DNA of 64,000 nt from Candidatus Micrarchaeota archaeon (GCA_015522475.1 WAMF01000003.1:33043-97042), one strand, 5' to 3'. Counted from the first letter of the stretch, positions 50,473 through 60,605 are shown. Numbers and translations: made by a program. Notes: generated from the sequence alone by a model not told the origin.

Positions 50473-52974
50473 GTGAAAAAGCGTTTCATAATACTATCTG
50501 AGCCCAAATATGCAAAGAAGTACAAGGTAATCAAAAAGCCCCTTCTGAAGCGCATAATGGAAAAGCTCAAACCCAAGAAAAAAAAGCAAAAGAAGGAAGT
50601 AAAAAAGGTTGAAGAAAAGGTGGAAATAAAAGGTATCGATGTTTTATTGGGTAAAGCGCTCCCCATCCTCATCTTAATATTTCTCATCGGTGTGGGCTAT
50701 TACGAATATATACACTTATCAGCTCTCCTTCATGCAATCCCGCCAGCATCGCTAATTCCAGCCCAGCCAAAAGCTGTAAACATAAGTATAACGCAGACGT
50801 ATCTGGCTGACTTCGGCACGAGAATAAGTAAACAACTCGCAGCTGTAGCATTTGTAAGTCTCAAAGACAATGCCTCTCTTACAGTAGGTGAACCTATAAA
50901 ACCTGTAAGTGGGATAGTCTATGTTCTAGCAGACCGTTCCTATCCTCAAACAGAGGCGCTTACAAACGAAGTAGAAAGCACATTGATAAGAGAAGGCTTC
51001 AGTGTAACAGAATTGAGATCTGTCAATGAATTGAAGTTTGTAAAAAAAAGCAGTTTGGTGATAGTTATATACGACGTTCTTCCTTCTGGTCTAAAAGAGT
51101 GGTTCACACCTCTTTTAAACAACGACGTTGACATTTTATACGTTGGAGCTAATCCCCTTTCAGAATCTACAGGCACACTTTTTAAGAGCATAACAAATTT
51201 TTGGGAGTTGAAGGGTGTGAGAATTGTGCCCGCTAGCCTCTCATCTAAAGAACTCAACATAAGCAACATTCGTTATACAGTAGGCCATACCAGCCTAACT
51301 CTATACAATACTATACCCGCCTTCTCATTTAAGGACGAAAGTGGAAGGGGACGCTTTGTTCTCTTTACAGGAGCTGTAGGCGGATCAAACTTCTACAACT
51401 CTTGGAAATCTCCAAGCGATGCAGCTAGTGACATCGAAAAGGTTGTTAATGCACTCTACAATGCAACCTTCTCTAATCAACATATATCAAAATACAGATT
51501 AAGCAAGGGTGACCATGCTGTGTTTTTCACGCTGCCTTTAACAGAAGAGAGTTCATACATGCTCATAAAGGCTACGGCTAAAGGAAAACTCCCTTCATAC
51601 AGAGTCGCAATCGTGGAAAAAGATTTCCCAGGCTCCGCATACTTTGAAGAGGCCTCGCCCATATTACCATACTCCATTTCTAAGAAGAAATCTGTTATAG
51701 AGTTTGTAGCTAACCCCTCTGATATGTATTCGTTCGTTAGGGTGAAGCTCCTTGTAACCAATGCCTCTGGCAACGTAATTGATGAGAAAGATGTAAACAA
51801 AGGTAACATACTTGCAGCCAACCAACTTATAGACGTAGACTATTACAACCCTGGTATAGATGAAGGCGGCTACATATTCGAATTCGATGACACAGACCTT
51901 CACAAAGTGTATGCAAAGACTTTTCTAGAAGTGGGCACTCTTAACATAAGGCTCGTGCCAGATTTCAAAGGCGCAACCATACATGTCTATTTTAGCGTAG
52001 CGGGCAGACCGAAGGTTATTGGAAAAGCCACGCTCACGTATTTGAAGAAAGGCAAGCCAGAAGCCTCTATGACGTTTACAAACGTCGACCACATAGATTG
52101 GGAGCTCAAAAGCTATTTCAACGGTCCTATACCTGTGGGCAAGTACAACTTCACAGTTACAGTACCAGGCTATGGCACAAAAACGTTTGAAGTGGTTAGA
52201 GAATCATCTGTAGGTATATCTCAATTAATGACTCCCCAAAACATAGCCATAATCATATTCTCTGTAATTATGTACGCTGTTGGCTACATAATGAAGAGGC
52301 ATGAAGAGCTGCCCTACTCTATAGATGTGCCTGACTTTGCCCCTGTAGAATACGAAACAATTGAGATAACGGCTGAGCAGCTTCTCAAAGCGTTTGACTT
52401 GGTGAACGACTTCTACAAGTGGAAAAACACACCTCTAACGGTAAACGAGATAAAGAAGGGCATTCGCCTGGTTCTGGACAAAGAAGACCTTGTCCTCAAC
52501 GACTTCAATGTGCAGATTGTGTTGGAAGCGCTCATAAAAGAAGGGAAAATCCTTCTCATCGACAAGTATTATTTGAAAAAGGATTGGCTGAATGAAGGTT
52601 TTACGGCTGAGCAGCTCATCATATTTAGACGTTTAAGAGATGCATGTATTGATTTGGCTATTCCTTTCAAGCCTCTATCAAAGAGACTTCCACATACAAA
52701 GTTAACGCTGCCTTGGCAAGAATTCTGGGTTTATATATACGCTCCTCTTCAGAGAGATGCCATAACGCGGGATATAATAAAGAGGGCTGTGAGCGAAGAG
52801 AATATAATGCCTGTCATACTCTTCTACGACACGAAATCGTTAGATGAATTCGACATTGTGCTCAGCGATGGCCGTGTGAAAAGCAGCCTAATAAAAGCCT
52901 ATGTAGACAACGATATGGTTTACATATTCACAATCGAAGAGTTCATAAAGAAGCTCAAGCAGCTGAAGAGTTAG
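50473..52974 (+). CDS. Large two-TM membrane protein with extracellular domain and cytoplasmic wHTH-like C-terminus
   Basis: Basic N-terminus, TM1, roughly 500 aa beta-rich region, TM2, then PLTVNEIKKGI...LEALIKEGKI. Confidence 0.75.
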   Translation: MKKRFIILSEPKYAKKYKVIKKPLLKRIMEKLKPKKKKQKKEVKKVEEKVEIKGIDVLLGKALPILILIFLIGVGYYEYIHLSALLHAIPPASLIPAQPKAVNISITQTYLADFGTRISKQLAAVAFVSLKDNASLTVGEPIKPVSGIVYVLADRSYPQTEALTNEVESTLIREGFSVTELRSVNELKFVKKSSLVIVIYDVLPSGLKEWFTPLLNNDVDILYVGANPLSESTGTLFKSITNFWELKGVRIVPASLSSKELNISNIRYTVGHTSLTLYNTIPAFSFKDESGRGRFVLFTGAVGGSNFYNSWKSPSDAASDIEKVVNALYNATFSNQHISKYRLSKGDHAVFFTLPLTEESSYMLIKATAKGKLPSYRVAIVEKDFPGSAYFEEASPILPYSISKKKSVIEFVANPSDMYSFVRVKLLVTNASGNVIDEKDVNKGNILAANQLIDVDYYNPGIDEGGYIFEFDDTDLHKVYAKTFLEVGTLNIRLVPDFKGATIHVYFSVAGRPKVIGKATLTYLKKGKPEASMTFTNVDHIDWELKSYFNGPIPVGKYNFTVTVPGYGTKTFEVVRESSVGISQLMTPQNIAIIIFSVIMYAVGYIMKRHEELPYSIDVPDFAPVEYETIEITAEQLLKAFDLVNDFYKWKNTPLTVNEIKKGIRLVLDKEDLVLNDFNVQIVLEALIKEGKILLIDKYYLKKDWLNEGFTAEQLIIFRRLRDACIDLAIPFKPLSKRLPHTKLTLPWQEFWVYIYAPLQRDAITRDIIKRAVSEENIMPVILFYDTKSLDEFDIVLSDGRVKSSLIKAYVDNDMVYIFTIEEFIKKLKQLKS

Positions 52975-53122
52975 AGAAGAGAAACAATGAGAGAAACAGT
53001 TAGAAACATCCTTTTAATATCCCTACGTTGAGGCCTCGGAATGGAAGGGAAATTGGGAAAGGACTAAAATTTTACTGTTGAGGGGCTAGCTAAGCGCCTT
53101 TACTCAAGAAAGTTAAGAAAGC

Positions 53123-54697
53123 CTAGGAGCCTAAGAAAGAGGCCAAGCTTTCTTTGAGGAACCTAACAAACACGGGCGAGGGTCTTTCAAACCTGCTCGT
53201 GAATTCTGGATGGGCTTGGAGGCCAATGCCAAAGCCGAACTTTTTCCTATCGTATTCCATGGCTTCGATGAGGTCTTTATGTGTTGCAGATACTATAAGG
53301 CCATTGTCTTCGAAAGACAGTATGTATTTTGGATTGATCTCATAGCGATGCCTATGCCTCTCTATGGCTTTGTCCTTTCCATATATTTCGTGCAAGATTG
53401 TGCCTTCCTTTATGTCCATCTCATAATCGCCTAAGCGAAGTGTACCGCCTATCTGCTTTACATCTTTTTGATTGGGTTGGAGTATGACGGCGGGATCTTT
53501 GCAACTTTCTATTTCTTCACTGCAGGCATCTAGCCCCATAACATTCCTAGCAAACTCGACGGCCATGAGCTGCATGCCGAAGCATATGCCTAAAAAGGGC
53601 TTTTTGTTCTCCCTTGCAAACTGTATGGCCTTTATCTTCTCTTCGACACCCCTCTTACCAAAACCACCCGGGACGATGATGCCGTCGTATTGAGAAAGCT
53701 GTTCCACATTTCCTTTAATATCCTCTGCCTCAACAAACTCGATGCTGGGCTTTATACCAAGCTCAGCTGAAGCGTTTATGAGGGCTTCTCTAAGCGAGGC
53801 ATATGAATCCACTTGCTTTGTATACTTGCCTACTATGGCGATCTTTCCTTTGTGCGGGCTAGTCTTCAGCTTATTCACGCGGCTTTCCCATGAGTCAAGC
53901 TCAGCTTTTCTGCATTCGAGTTTGAAGAAAGTCCTTATTGCTTCATACATACCTTCTTGTTCTAGCAAAAGGGGAAGCTCATAAACTGTGGAAAGTTCGT
54001 GGTCATTCATGACGTAATCGACGTTGCAGTACAGCTTTATCTTTTCCCTTGTCTCTTTATCTAAACGCTTGTTGGCCCTAGCCACAATAACCGACGGTTG
54101 TATGCCCATGCCTCTCAAAATTTGAGTGGCGTGCTGCGTAGGTTTTGTTTTAAGCTCTCCATATAAGTTTGGTAAATAAGTCAGCTGAACGAACATAACC
54201 TTTTCCTTCATACTAAGTTGGCGAAGCGCCTCTATAAAATAACTGTTCTCTATGTCACCGACTGTACCACCTACTTCTATAATGAGGAAATCGAGGTTAT
54301 TTTTGTTGGCGTAGCTTACAATATGATCCTTTATCCAATTCGTGACGTGGGGCACAAATTGGACATCTCTGCCCAAGAATTTGCCTTCCCTTTCCCTTTC
54401 TATAATATCTTTGAATATACGGCCGCCTGTGATGGATGCATCCGCGTCGAGATCTATATTGAGGAAGCGTTCGTACGTGCCGAAGTCCATATCTACTTCC
54501 TTGCCGTCGCGGAGAACAAAGACCTCGCCGTGCCTAAAGGGATTCATTGTGCCACAGTCGACGTTTAGATAGCCATCAAATTTCATGGGCTTTACCTTGA
54601 ATCCCCTCGACTGTAGGATTTTGCCTATAGAAGCTGTGAGAATGCCCTTGCCTAAACCTGACATTATAGAACCTAAGACAACAATGTAGTTTGGCAT
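53123..54697 (-). CDS. pyrG: CTP synthase
   Basis: SGLGKGI, GTMNPFRHGEVFV, GGTVGDIE, KTKPTQH, GICFGMQ, ERHRHRYE, HPEF. Confidence 0.98.
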   Translation of the reverse strand: MPNYIVVLGSIMSGLGKGILTASIGKILQSRGFKVKPMKFDGYLNVDCGTMNPFRHGEVFVLRDGKEVDMDFGTYERFLNIDLDADASITGGRIFKDIIEREREGKFLGRDVQFVPHVTNWIKDHIVSYANKNNLDFLIIEVGGTVGDIENSYFIEALRQLSMKEKVMFVQLTYLPNLYGELKTKPTQHATQILRGMGIQPSVIVARANKRLDKETREKIKLYCNVDYVMNDHELSTVYELPLLLEQEGMYEAIRTFFKLECRKAELDSWESRVNKLKTSPHKGKIAIVGKYTKQVDSYASLREALINASAELGIKPSIEFVEAEDIKGNVEQLSQYDGIIVPGGFGKRGVEEKIKAIQFARENKKPFLGICFGMQLMAVEFARNVMGLDACSEEIESCKDPAVILQPNQKDVKQIGGTLRLGDYEMDIKEGTILHEIYGKDKAIERHRHRYEINPKYILSFEDNGLIVSATHKDLIEAMEYDRKKFGFGIGLQAHPEFTSRFERPSPVFVRFLKESLASFLGS

Positions 54698-55020
54698 GGC
54701 TTAGATTGATACAGAGGTTTTAAATGCCTTGCCCCCTCAGACAAAAAAGGCGGTTAGATGCCTACGCTTTGTTATGCTACAGCACACAAAACAGCGCCTT
54801 TCCTAAGCCCTCTTAATCCTCCTACAGTCTTGCTTAAGCGTTTCCTTGTACGGGCAACTTGGCTGTTCTTTAAAAAACATTCCCCATCCAGGGGGAAGGC
54901 TTTATAAAGAACTGCTGCTGCCATCTAAAGTAGCTTATAAAACTTTCAGTAGTTGGCTAATGTAATCGCCAAAAATCCGGAAATTTGGTTAATATAGTTG
55001 CCACAATGCCGCATTACTTC

Positions 55021-55869
55021 CTAAGCAAAGGCACCATCGTAAAAGGCCTTTACTAAGCGTGGGAGAGCCTTGCTATAACCCCCTTCCAAAACAGCGAAGA
55101 AAGGAAGACCTAAGGCTTTGACGCGCTTGCCAATCTCAAAATAAGTATTCTCATCCTTTATGTTGAAGGGCAAAACAGGGTCTTCATGCCATGTATCAAA
55201 GCCTGCTGATACAGCCAGGACATCGGGCTTAAAGGCTCTTGCCTTTTCTAAAAGCTTATCTATATAAGCGAGAAACTCCTTATCGTCAACAGTGGAGGGC
55301 TCGACATCGAAAAGGAGGGCATTATTCGAATTCCACTTTCGCATAGGAAAGTAGCGCTTGGGGTCGCCATGAACAGAGCCGTAGAAAAAGGCGCTGTCGT
55401 CTTTGACGAGGAAGTGTGTGCCATCGCCGTAGTGGGCGTCGAAATCTAGGATAAAAACGCGCTTGGCCTTCTCCTCCTTGAGTAAATGCCTAGCTGCTAT
55501 AACAATGTTGTTCAGATAGCAGAAGCCTCTTGCTTCATCCCTATAGGCATGATGTCCCGGAGGGCGTATAGCTGCAAAATCCTTCTTTTCAGCAGCCTCA
55601 ACAGCGGCACATGCTGCATTGAATGCCTCTGGCATAAGAGCGGGTTGGAAGTTCAAGTCAGATGATAAGCCCTTCTTAGCTGTGCACATGTCCTTTAAAT
55701 CATACAAATAAAGAAGCGAATGAACCTCTTTGATATATGACAATGCCTTCTTTTCATCCTTGCATTTTACTTCCAAGGCAGAAGGGAAAAGCTGTTTGAT
55801 GCCCTGTATACGAGCAGGCACCTCTATGGGCGGGATGCCCTCATAACCTTCCAACGCAGAGATAAGCAT
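55021..55869 (-). CDS. Histone deacetylase family (Zn-dependent deacetylase) protein
   Basis: RPPGHHA, GFCYLNN, DFDAHYGDGT, SAGFD, LEGGY. Confidence 0.93.
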   Translation of the reverse strand: MLISALEGYEGIPPIEVPARIQGIKQLFPSALEVKCKDEKKALSYIKEVHSLLYLYDLKDMCTAKKGLSSDLNFQPALMPEAFNAACAAVEAAEKKDFAAIRPPGHHAYRDEARGFCYLNNIVIAARHLLKEEKAKRVFILDFDAHYGDGTHFLVKDDSAFFYGSVHGDPKRYFPMRKWNSNNALLFDVEPSTVDDKEFLAYIDKLLEKARAFKPDVLAVSAGFDTWHEDPVLPFNIKDENTYFEIGKRVKALGLPFFAVLEGGYSKALPRLVKAFYDGAFA

Positions 55870-56093
55870 GCTGTATTATCTAAGCCACACGTTATGAGAT
55901 GATGGGCAGTTACAAACCTTTTGGGGAGACTTATTAACATTCAAAAAGAACCTTTATAGAGGATTATATAAGCTTTAAACCGTGCCAAAAGCACAACACC
56001 ACCCAAAAACACAAAAAGGCCTAAAAAACACGCGGGTTAAGGTGGAAGACGAGATGCTGTCCTAAGCTGTGGCAGGACGAGATCCCAGGAAGC

Positions 56094-56216
56094 TTATTCA
56101 TCTTCGTCGAAATCTTCCCAGTCTTCGTCGTCATCGTCCGAGTCGTCCCACTCGTCGTCTTCATCCCAGTCTTCGTCGTCATCTTGCATCCTAAAGATAG
56201 GCGCCGGGCCTACCAT
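56094..56216 (-). CDS. 40-aa hyperacidic Trp-containing peptide (absent from ORF track)
   Basis: MVGPAPIFRMQDDDEDWDEDDEWDDSDDDDEDWEDFDEDE. GGGTGA SD 4 nt before the ATG and a TATA-like element at about 56247-56255. Confidence 0.75.
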   Translation of the reverse strand: MVGPAPIFRMQDDDEDWDEDDEWDDSDDDDEDWEDFDEDE

Positions 56217-56275
56217 GTTCTCACCCGCTTAAACTCCATAGTTAATCTTTTTAAACCATGCTGCGACATTATATC

Positions 56276-56641
56276 ATGGCAAGGCTCAAATTCACTCACA
56301 GGCTTATCCCTCTAAGGTTGGCCAGAGGGAACGACTCAAGTATCGACGTGGTTTTTCAAATAGAAAACCTTACAGATAAAGAGATGCTCCTTTCTATAGA
56401 AGGTAAGCTGCCCAAAAACGCACTCCTTGGGTTCGACCCTAACCTCGTCCACAAAAGGGCCATGAAGAAGCTCGGCACCCTCGAACCAGGAGAATATGTA
56501 GAAGCAAGCCTCCGCGTATACGGCGCTAGACAGACGAAGCCAGGAGATTACCCCATATTGCTTATAGTGAATGAGCACTATCAGGACTACACAAAAGTAC
56601 TCGAGGAATACAAGCGCATGGGGACTATACGCGTCATATAG
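56276..56641 (+). CDS. Hypothetical protein, Ig-like beta-sandwich
   Basis: Start moved to ATG 56276 from TATA spacing. LGTLEPGE and TKPGDYPI are typical of Ig-like folds. Confidence 0.65.
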   Translation: MARLKFTHRLIPLRLARGNDSSIDVVFQIENLTDKEMLLSIEGKLPKNALLGFDPNLVHKRAMKKLGTLEPGEYVEASLRVYGARQTKPGDYPILLIVNEHYQDYTKVLEEYKRMGTIRVI

Positions 56642-56700
56642 TAGAAGCATAAAAAAATATACCACAAAGGAAGGTAGAAGCAAGTATAGAGAGGGACACT

Positions 56701-57135
56701 ATGACTAGAAGAAGAAGGACAAGTAAGAAGAGACCCTCATCAATAAGACAGCAAGATTCTCAAAAATTAAAAGTCGTGCATCCTATCCTTAAAGGAAAAA
56801 CGTATGAAGCAAAGCCTGACTCAAACATTCATCTAGCTATTACACTCTTCTTTCTCATATATTTTGTAGGCATTGTGCTCTTTCACTTTTTAGAAGGTTG
56901 GAATTATATTGACTCTTCTTACTTCATCACAGCAACTGTCTTAACCATAGGTTACGGCGACATTGTGCCAAAGACACCTCTAGGCAAAATAGCTACAATC
57001 TTCTACGCTTGGTTGGGCATAGGTGTAGGCTTTTACATACTTGTTAGAATATCTGATTTAAGAAAGCGCTATATAGACAGAAACCTCGAGCGAATAGAGC
57101 GACGTATGGAAGAGCTCGTGGGAAAGAAAACATAA
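56701..57135 (+). CDS. Two-TM potassium channel (KcsA-like)
   Basis: EGWNYIDSSYF and the TIGYGD selectivity filter. Confidence 0.93.
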   Translation: MTRRRRTSKKRPSSIRQQDSQKLKVVHPILKGKTYEAKPDSNIHLAITLFFLIYFVGIVLFHFLEGWNYIDSSYFITATVLTIGYGDIVPKTPLGKIATIFYAWLGIGVGFYILVRISDLRKRYIDRNLERIERRMEELVGKKT

Positions 57136-57235
57136 GGCCCAAATAAATAATGAGAGATTGAAGGAGTATAAAACTTATCTAAATAGCTATAGAGCAACAC
57201 ATATCAGTGCGGCCCAGCATGAGTTAAGCCCATAT

Positions 57236-59059
57236 TCAAGCTTTCTTGCTTCCTGCTTTCTTGTCGCGGGACTTCGAATACGACGTCTTCCACACCTTTA
57301 CTTTACTAAGACCTTCTAAAAGGCTCTTGCCTATTTCCTCTTCGTTGGCTTTAAACTCATCTGAAACCTTGCGTATGAGCTTCTCTGTCTCTTCAACGAC
57401 GTCCCTCTGCTTTTTTGGATCCTGTGTCACTTCTTCCAGCTTAAGCTCTATCTCTCGCGTCAGTGCCTCATTCAAAATCTCCGGCACGTACTTTGACAGC
57501 GTCTGATAGACGGCAAGACCAAGCTCAGACACGCGCAGCGCATAGCCCTCCTTAACGAAGTAACGTCTCAAAAACAACGTGGACACAATCATGGCCCTTG
57601 TGGCCTTTGTGCCTAAGTTCCTTTTCTCAAGTTCCTTAACAAGCGATGCCTCGGTATAACGAGCAGGAGGCTTTGTCTTGCCCTTCTTCTTGTTCTTACT
57701 CTGAATAGGAACGAGCTCGCCTTCTTTAAATTCGGCCACGCTTGTCTCATTCACTTTGTTAAAGAGTTTTCCCACTTTCAGCCAGCCCTCCTCCTTTATC
57801 TGCTGGCCCTTAGTTGTGAATTCTAAGCCCGTGTCAACAGTTTCAGCTAACACACTAACAGCCTTTATCTCAGCGGGCTTCATGAATGCAGCTACAAACC
57901 TAGCCGCTATAAGCGCATAGAGCTTTTTTTCATCGCCTTCCAAACTCTTGGGCTTAATTCCTGTTGGATAAATGGCAGGATGTGCTGGATCATCCTTCTT
58001 ACCCTGGCTTGGCCAAAGCTTTTCCTTCTTAAGCAGCTCGTCTATAACTGCTTGAAGGGCCTTGCTTATATGGCCTGTAGCCTTAAGCTTTTCTAACAGC
58101 TTTCTATAGCCCAGCGTCGGCGGCAGCTTTTGGGAGCTTGTCCTCGGGTAGGAGATGAGCGATGCTTCATATAAGTTTTGAGCCAGTTTGAGCGTTTTGC
58201 TGGGCGAGAATCTAAACACCTTATATGCGTCCATCTGAAGCGTTGTCAAGTCATAAGGATGAGGCGCATATAGGTTGTATGTGCGCTCTTCCACAGCCTT
58301 TATCTTAGCGGTTTTTCCTATTTTTGCAAAGAGCTCATCTGCCCTCTCCTTCTCGAAAATTCTGCCTCCTTTGTATTCGAAAATCGTGCCTTTGAGCTTT
58401 ATGAAGAGCTGCCAGAAATCCTTGGGCACAAACGTTTGTATGTCAAGCTCTCTGCTTGTGGCTATAGCCAGCGTTGGCCCTTGAACCCTGCCTATGCTCA
58501 TGACGCGGAACGTGCCCGCTTTTCTCAAAGCTTGCATAAGGGCCCGGCTGAGATTTATGCCGTAGTACCAATCCACAATATGACGCGTCTCGCCGGCTAT
58601 GGCGTTACCGTAGTCAAACTCTATTTCATGTTCGAAGGCATTCCTTAGCTCGCCCATCGTAAGCGTCGAGAACTTCATCCTGTTTAAGGGCTTGTTTGTG
58701 AATATAAAGCGCCATATGTTATAGCCTATTAAGCTGCCTTCGTTATCAAAGTCTGTTGCAACTGTAACTTCGTCTGCCTCGTCTGCATACTCTTTAAAAG
58801 CAGCTATGTAGTCCTTTGTATAATAAGCTTTTTTGTCCACCTCGTTTGCCTCTCTCCACCTCAAGTCAAAAACAGGATAGTTATAGCCCTCTGCCGTGCT
58901 CGCCAGCTTAAATATATGGCCCACAGCAGGAATGACAACAAGGTCTTTGCCTATTGTGTAAATGGGTACTTTCCTTCTGAATACCGTACGCTTCGCCTTA
59001 CCTATAGCAGCCGCTATCTTAGCAGCTACCTTGGGCTTCTCAGCTATTACAACGTGCAC
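57236..59059 (-). CDS. topA: DNA topoisomerase type IA
   Basis: IAEKP, ATDFDNEG, SIGRVQGP, catalytic ISYPRT, AHPAIYPT, LGTKATR. Start moved to GTG 59059. No C-terminal Zn ribbons. Confidence 0.96.
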   Translation of the reverse strand: MHVVIAEKPKVAAKIAAAIGKAKRTVFRRKVPIYTIGKDLVVIPAVGHIFKLASTAEGYNYPVFDLRWREANEVDKKAYYTKDYIAAFKEYADEADEVTVATDFDNEGSLIGYNIWRFIFTNKPLNRMKFSTLTMGELRNAFEHEIEFDYGNAIAGETRHIVDWYYGINLSRALMQALRKAGTFRVMSIGRVQGPTLAIATSRELDIQTFVPKDFWQLFIKLKGTIFEYKGGRIFEKERADELFAKIGKTAKIKAVEERTYNLYAPHPYDLTTLQMDAYKVFRFSPSKTLKLAQNLYEASLISYPRTSSQKLPPTLGYRKLLEKLKATGHISKALQAVIDELLKKEKLWPSQGKKDDPAHPAIYPTGIKPKSLEGDEKKLYALIAARFVAAFMKPAEIKAVSVLAETVDTGLEFTTKGQQIKEEGWLKVGKLFNKVNETSVAEFKEGELVPIQSKNKKKGKTKPPARYTEASLVKELEKRNLGTKATRAMIVSTLFLRRYFVKEGYALRVSELGLAVYQTLSKYVPEILNEALTREIELKLEEVTQDPKKQRDVVEETEKLIRKVSDEFKANEEEIGKSLLEGLSKVKVWKTSYSKSRDKKAGSKKA

Positions 59060-59171
59060 TGAGGCCTTGGGAGAGAAATCTTTAATAAGGGCTGCCAAAA
59101 ACAGGCAAAAAGCATAGCAAAAAAGCACCAAAAAGCTACATGGGGATCTAATAAAAAATGCTAAAAAGGCG

Positions 59172-60128
59172 CTAGGAAGATGCAGCACTCTTCACATGGA
59201 TGGTTAAGCGCACGGGCGCCTCGCTCTTCACTACAATGTAGTCGTTCGGTGTTATGTAAGTGGAGAAACTATCACCCTTCCACATGCCGTAGCAGGTGCA
59301 AGAACCTTCTCTCTGGAATTCAGGAAATGCTGTTTTAGGCATGAGTATGAATTCACCTGTGCCATTACTCTTCACGTCTATGTAAGCCAAGCCATTTAAG
59401 GGCAGCTCAACAACGCCGAACCCCTTGTCGCCAGTCAAAAGCTGAAACGTTGTATTTAAATAAATCGTGGAAATGTAGCAAACTTTGTCGTCGCATGCAA
59501 CACCCACACCAAGCGTCTCATACTCCTTGTCAAGCATCGTCTCTCTATGCAGCTTGCTATTCATCCAACCTTTAACAGCTTCTGCAGCAATCTTCTCGAC
59601 AGAGCGGTTCTCCCCCAAGCGAAGATAGGCTAGATTCTCGCCAACCTTTCTATAGCTTATTCCTGCTTCTTCTAGCCTGTCCTCGACGCTTCTGCCTTGC
59701 GGGTCGTAGTGAGAGAAAAAGCCTTCTTTGAGCATACGCTCTGAATAGTCATGAGCTACCTTGCTCGTCTGACTGTCGAGAGATAAGGGATGAAGCCCAT
59801 GCTTCCCTCTCACAACATTTACGGCTTTGAAAACTTCGTATTCGGCTGCGTTAGGCATGTATGTCTCGTTTGAGCTTATATTGTAGTGCTGCGCGACTAT
59901 GTGCATCTCTTCAGAAGCACTTAAGAACTTGCTTAAATTGCCCACGCTGCTCAAATCTTTGGCCGTACAGCCTTCCAGCAGCAGCGTCGTGAAAAAAAGC
60001 AGAGCCACAAAGCCTACGAAGGAAATGCGTCGAACCCCCTGCCAAGGGTTCTCACGCGAGCGCTGTTGGCCGTCTTGCTCTGAGTTACACTCCTTGCCAT
60101 GTCCATTAAATCGCACGCTGGATTGCAT
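59172..60128 (-). CDS. CAP/SCP-domain lipoprotein
   Basis: Lipobox LEG-C; VNVVRGKHGL, FFSH, GENLA, WMNSKLHR. Confidence 0.88.
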   Translation of the reverse strand: MQSSVRFNGHGKECNSEQDGQQRSRENPWQGVRRISFVGFVALLFFTTLLLEGCTAKDLSSVGNLSKFLSASEEMHIVAQHYNISSNETYMPNAAEYEVFKAVNVVRGKHGLHPLSLDSQTSKVAHDYSERMLKEGFFSHYDPQGRSVEDRLEEAGISYRKVGENLAYLRLGENRSVEKIAAEAVKGWMNSKLHRETMLDKEYETLGVGVACDDKVCYISTIYLNTTFQLLTGDKGFGVVELPLNGLAYIDVKSNGTGEFILMPKTAFPEFQREGSCTCYGMWKGDSFSTYITPNDYIVVKSEAPVRLTIHVKSAASS

Positions 60129-60258
60129 GATTGAGTGTAGATAGGAAGGTTAAAAAAATAAGAGGGGGACATTGCCCCTTTTGTTGGTTGGCCTAAGCCT
60201 TTGCCAAAAAGCAAGTATAGGCTTGCCTAGGCATGCATAGATAGACATGCATAGGCTA

Positions 60259-60504
60259 TTAGGCCGTGGAGACAACTTCGCCAGTGGCAAACTTCCTTCC
60301 GACTGTCAAGATTTTGACGTCGTAGGTTTTGTCCACTTCTGTGTCTCCCTTGACGAAGATGACGTAGCCATTTACCTTGCCTATGCCATCTCCATCCTTA
60401 CCTTTCCCTACAATTTGTAGAGAAACTGTTTCACCAACTTTTACCGGCTTCTCAAAGCCGCCGAAATGAGGCCTGCGTTCACCTCTGTCTTTCCCTTCAT
60501 ACAT
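60259..60504 (-). CDS. Single TRAM-domain RNA-binding protein
   Basis: KPVKVGE...GKDGDGIGKVNGYVIFV...KFATGEV. AGGTG SD. Confidence 0.9.
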   Translation of the reverse strand: MYEGKDRGERRPHFGGFEKPVKVGETVSLQIVGKGKDGDGIGKVNGYVIFVKGDTEVDKTYDVKILTVGRKFATGEVVSTA

Positions 60505-60605
60505 ACCTTACACCTTCTGCTCCTCTTTTGTAGGAGCGCTGTAATTAGGCATGGAACACTTTATAAAAGGGCTACATCTAGCAATTTGGTAAGCTATCCA
60601 TCAAG

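Noticed and set aside
46432..52974. VirB4-like operon as an integrated conjugative element at tRNA-Pro
   Set aside because: No duplicated tRNA end, integrase or relaxase was seen, and the operon lies on the 5' side of the tRNA.
54740..54910. Short ORFs (25 aa minus, 49 aa plus) near a palindromic CTTTATAAAG and a small TTCCCC/GGGGAA hairpin
   Set aside because: Too short and featureless to support. An orphan promoter or small RNA cannot be excluded.
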